The position numbers and the translations under genes were made by a program. The notes under the pieces were generated by a model. It saw only the letters and a program-made list of their open reading frames with translations. It made no database searches and was not told the DNA's origin. Shown here piece by piece: positions 25,464 through 26,126 of a DNA stretch of 26,126 bases (position 1 is its first letter; every line of letters starts with the position of its first letter). The DNA lies in contig JBGCEP010000016.1 of assembly GCA_045106415.1 (NCBI GenBank), positions 1 through 26,126 of the forward strand, written 5' to 3'. The stretch is from Oligoflexales bacterium (lineage in GTDB: Bacteria; Bdellovibrionota_B; Oligoflexia; Oligoflexales; Bog-1112).

Positions 25464-26126
25464 TATAGCATTGGTCACATTTATTTACTCAACATCTTCG
25501 TAGCCGCACAAACAGCATCATAAATAGAGTCACATCCATCTCTAAGAATTTTTTGTATTTTTGTTTTAACTTGATGCCACTTGTGTTCGATAGGATTGAG
25601 ATCTGGACTATATGGGGGAAGGTATAGAACTTCTGCCCCATACTCTTGAGCTATTTGAACTATATCTGAGGACTTATGAAATGAAGCATTATCAAGCACA
25701 ACAACTGCATTTCCACCCAAATGTTGGCTTAAAACCTTCTCAAGGTACGCATTGAAAACCTCTGCTGTACAACTTCCTTTAAATACAAATGGAGCAATAA
25801 TTTCGCTATGGTTGTTGAGTGATCCAATGATATTGACAGCTTTATGTTGTGAACTTCCTTTTAAACCATGGAGCCTGGAACTTTTATGACTCCATCCATG
25901 TTGACAGGATTCATTTTTCTTAACGCCACACTCATCGAGATAAATAATGTTTTTATCACTTTTATTATTTATTTCCTTTTGAAATTCACTCCGATTTTTA
26001 TCGCAGCGATTTTTGTATCCAAATGTTTTTTTTATTTATAAAACCGATAAGCCGCAAGTATCGACGAATACTCCGTGGAGAAATACCCCCCAATCTTGAG
26101 CCATTTCTTTGGAACTTCTATTAGGT
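25464..26126 (-). mobile_element. IS630-family insertion sequence (left end outside the window)
   Basis: The end reads TA-TAGCATTGGTCACAT (TA target plus terminal repeat) directly after the transposase stop, and a DDE transposase is present. Confidence 0.9.
25481..26126 (-). CDS. IS630 transposase, 5'-truncated and frameshifted (HTH part plus DDE domain)
   Basis: The frame from the A8 run (26026-26033) reads KKTFGYKNR...IIYLDECG...VVVLDNASFHK...YLPPYSPDLNPIEHKW. Upstream HTH fragments PNRSSKEMAQDWG and ISPRSIRRYLRLIGFINKK are in different frames from each other. Confidence 0.85.

Noticed and set aside
25284..25523. 79-aa + strand ORF spanning the intron/IS junction
   Set aside because: It is antisense to the RT pseudogene and the IS end, with no recognisable motif.
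26043..26050. ACCGATAA resembling a sigma-28 -10 box
   Set aside because: There is no matching -35 at the right spacing, and it lies inside the transposase.

Overview
AT-rich bacterial chromosomal segment. Gene content and protein style suggest Bdellovibrionota/Oligoflexia, which is an inference only. Left to right: (1) the 3' part of a very large acidic tandem-repeat protein, open from base 2 to 2695, of which the ORF track shows only the last 259 aa; (2) a DUF4114-like lipoprotein behind a perfect sigma-28 (FliA) promoter; (3) a DUF2608/HAD protein; (4) a minus-strand run rpsA - lapA-like - rsmB - degenerate PLD-like - lipoprotein; (5) DUF3108, a class B J-domain protein, NUDIX, MATE and MFS genes; (6) an orphan lipoprotein whose membrane/coiled-coil insert is bracketed by two LTGSS motifs; (7) a tightly coupled five-gene operon: FliT-like protein, GT4-TPR with a degenerate donor-binding site, helical hypothetical, pseudo-receiver-TPR and intact Slt-type lytic transglycosylase; (8) a Cys-rich lipoprotein; (9) a decayed group II intron interrupted by an IS630 element. 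The best candidates for undescribed biology are the five-gene operon, the set of sigma-28-driven orphan lipoproteins and the acidic repeat protein. All family calls come from motif recognition by eye; no database searches were run.
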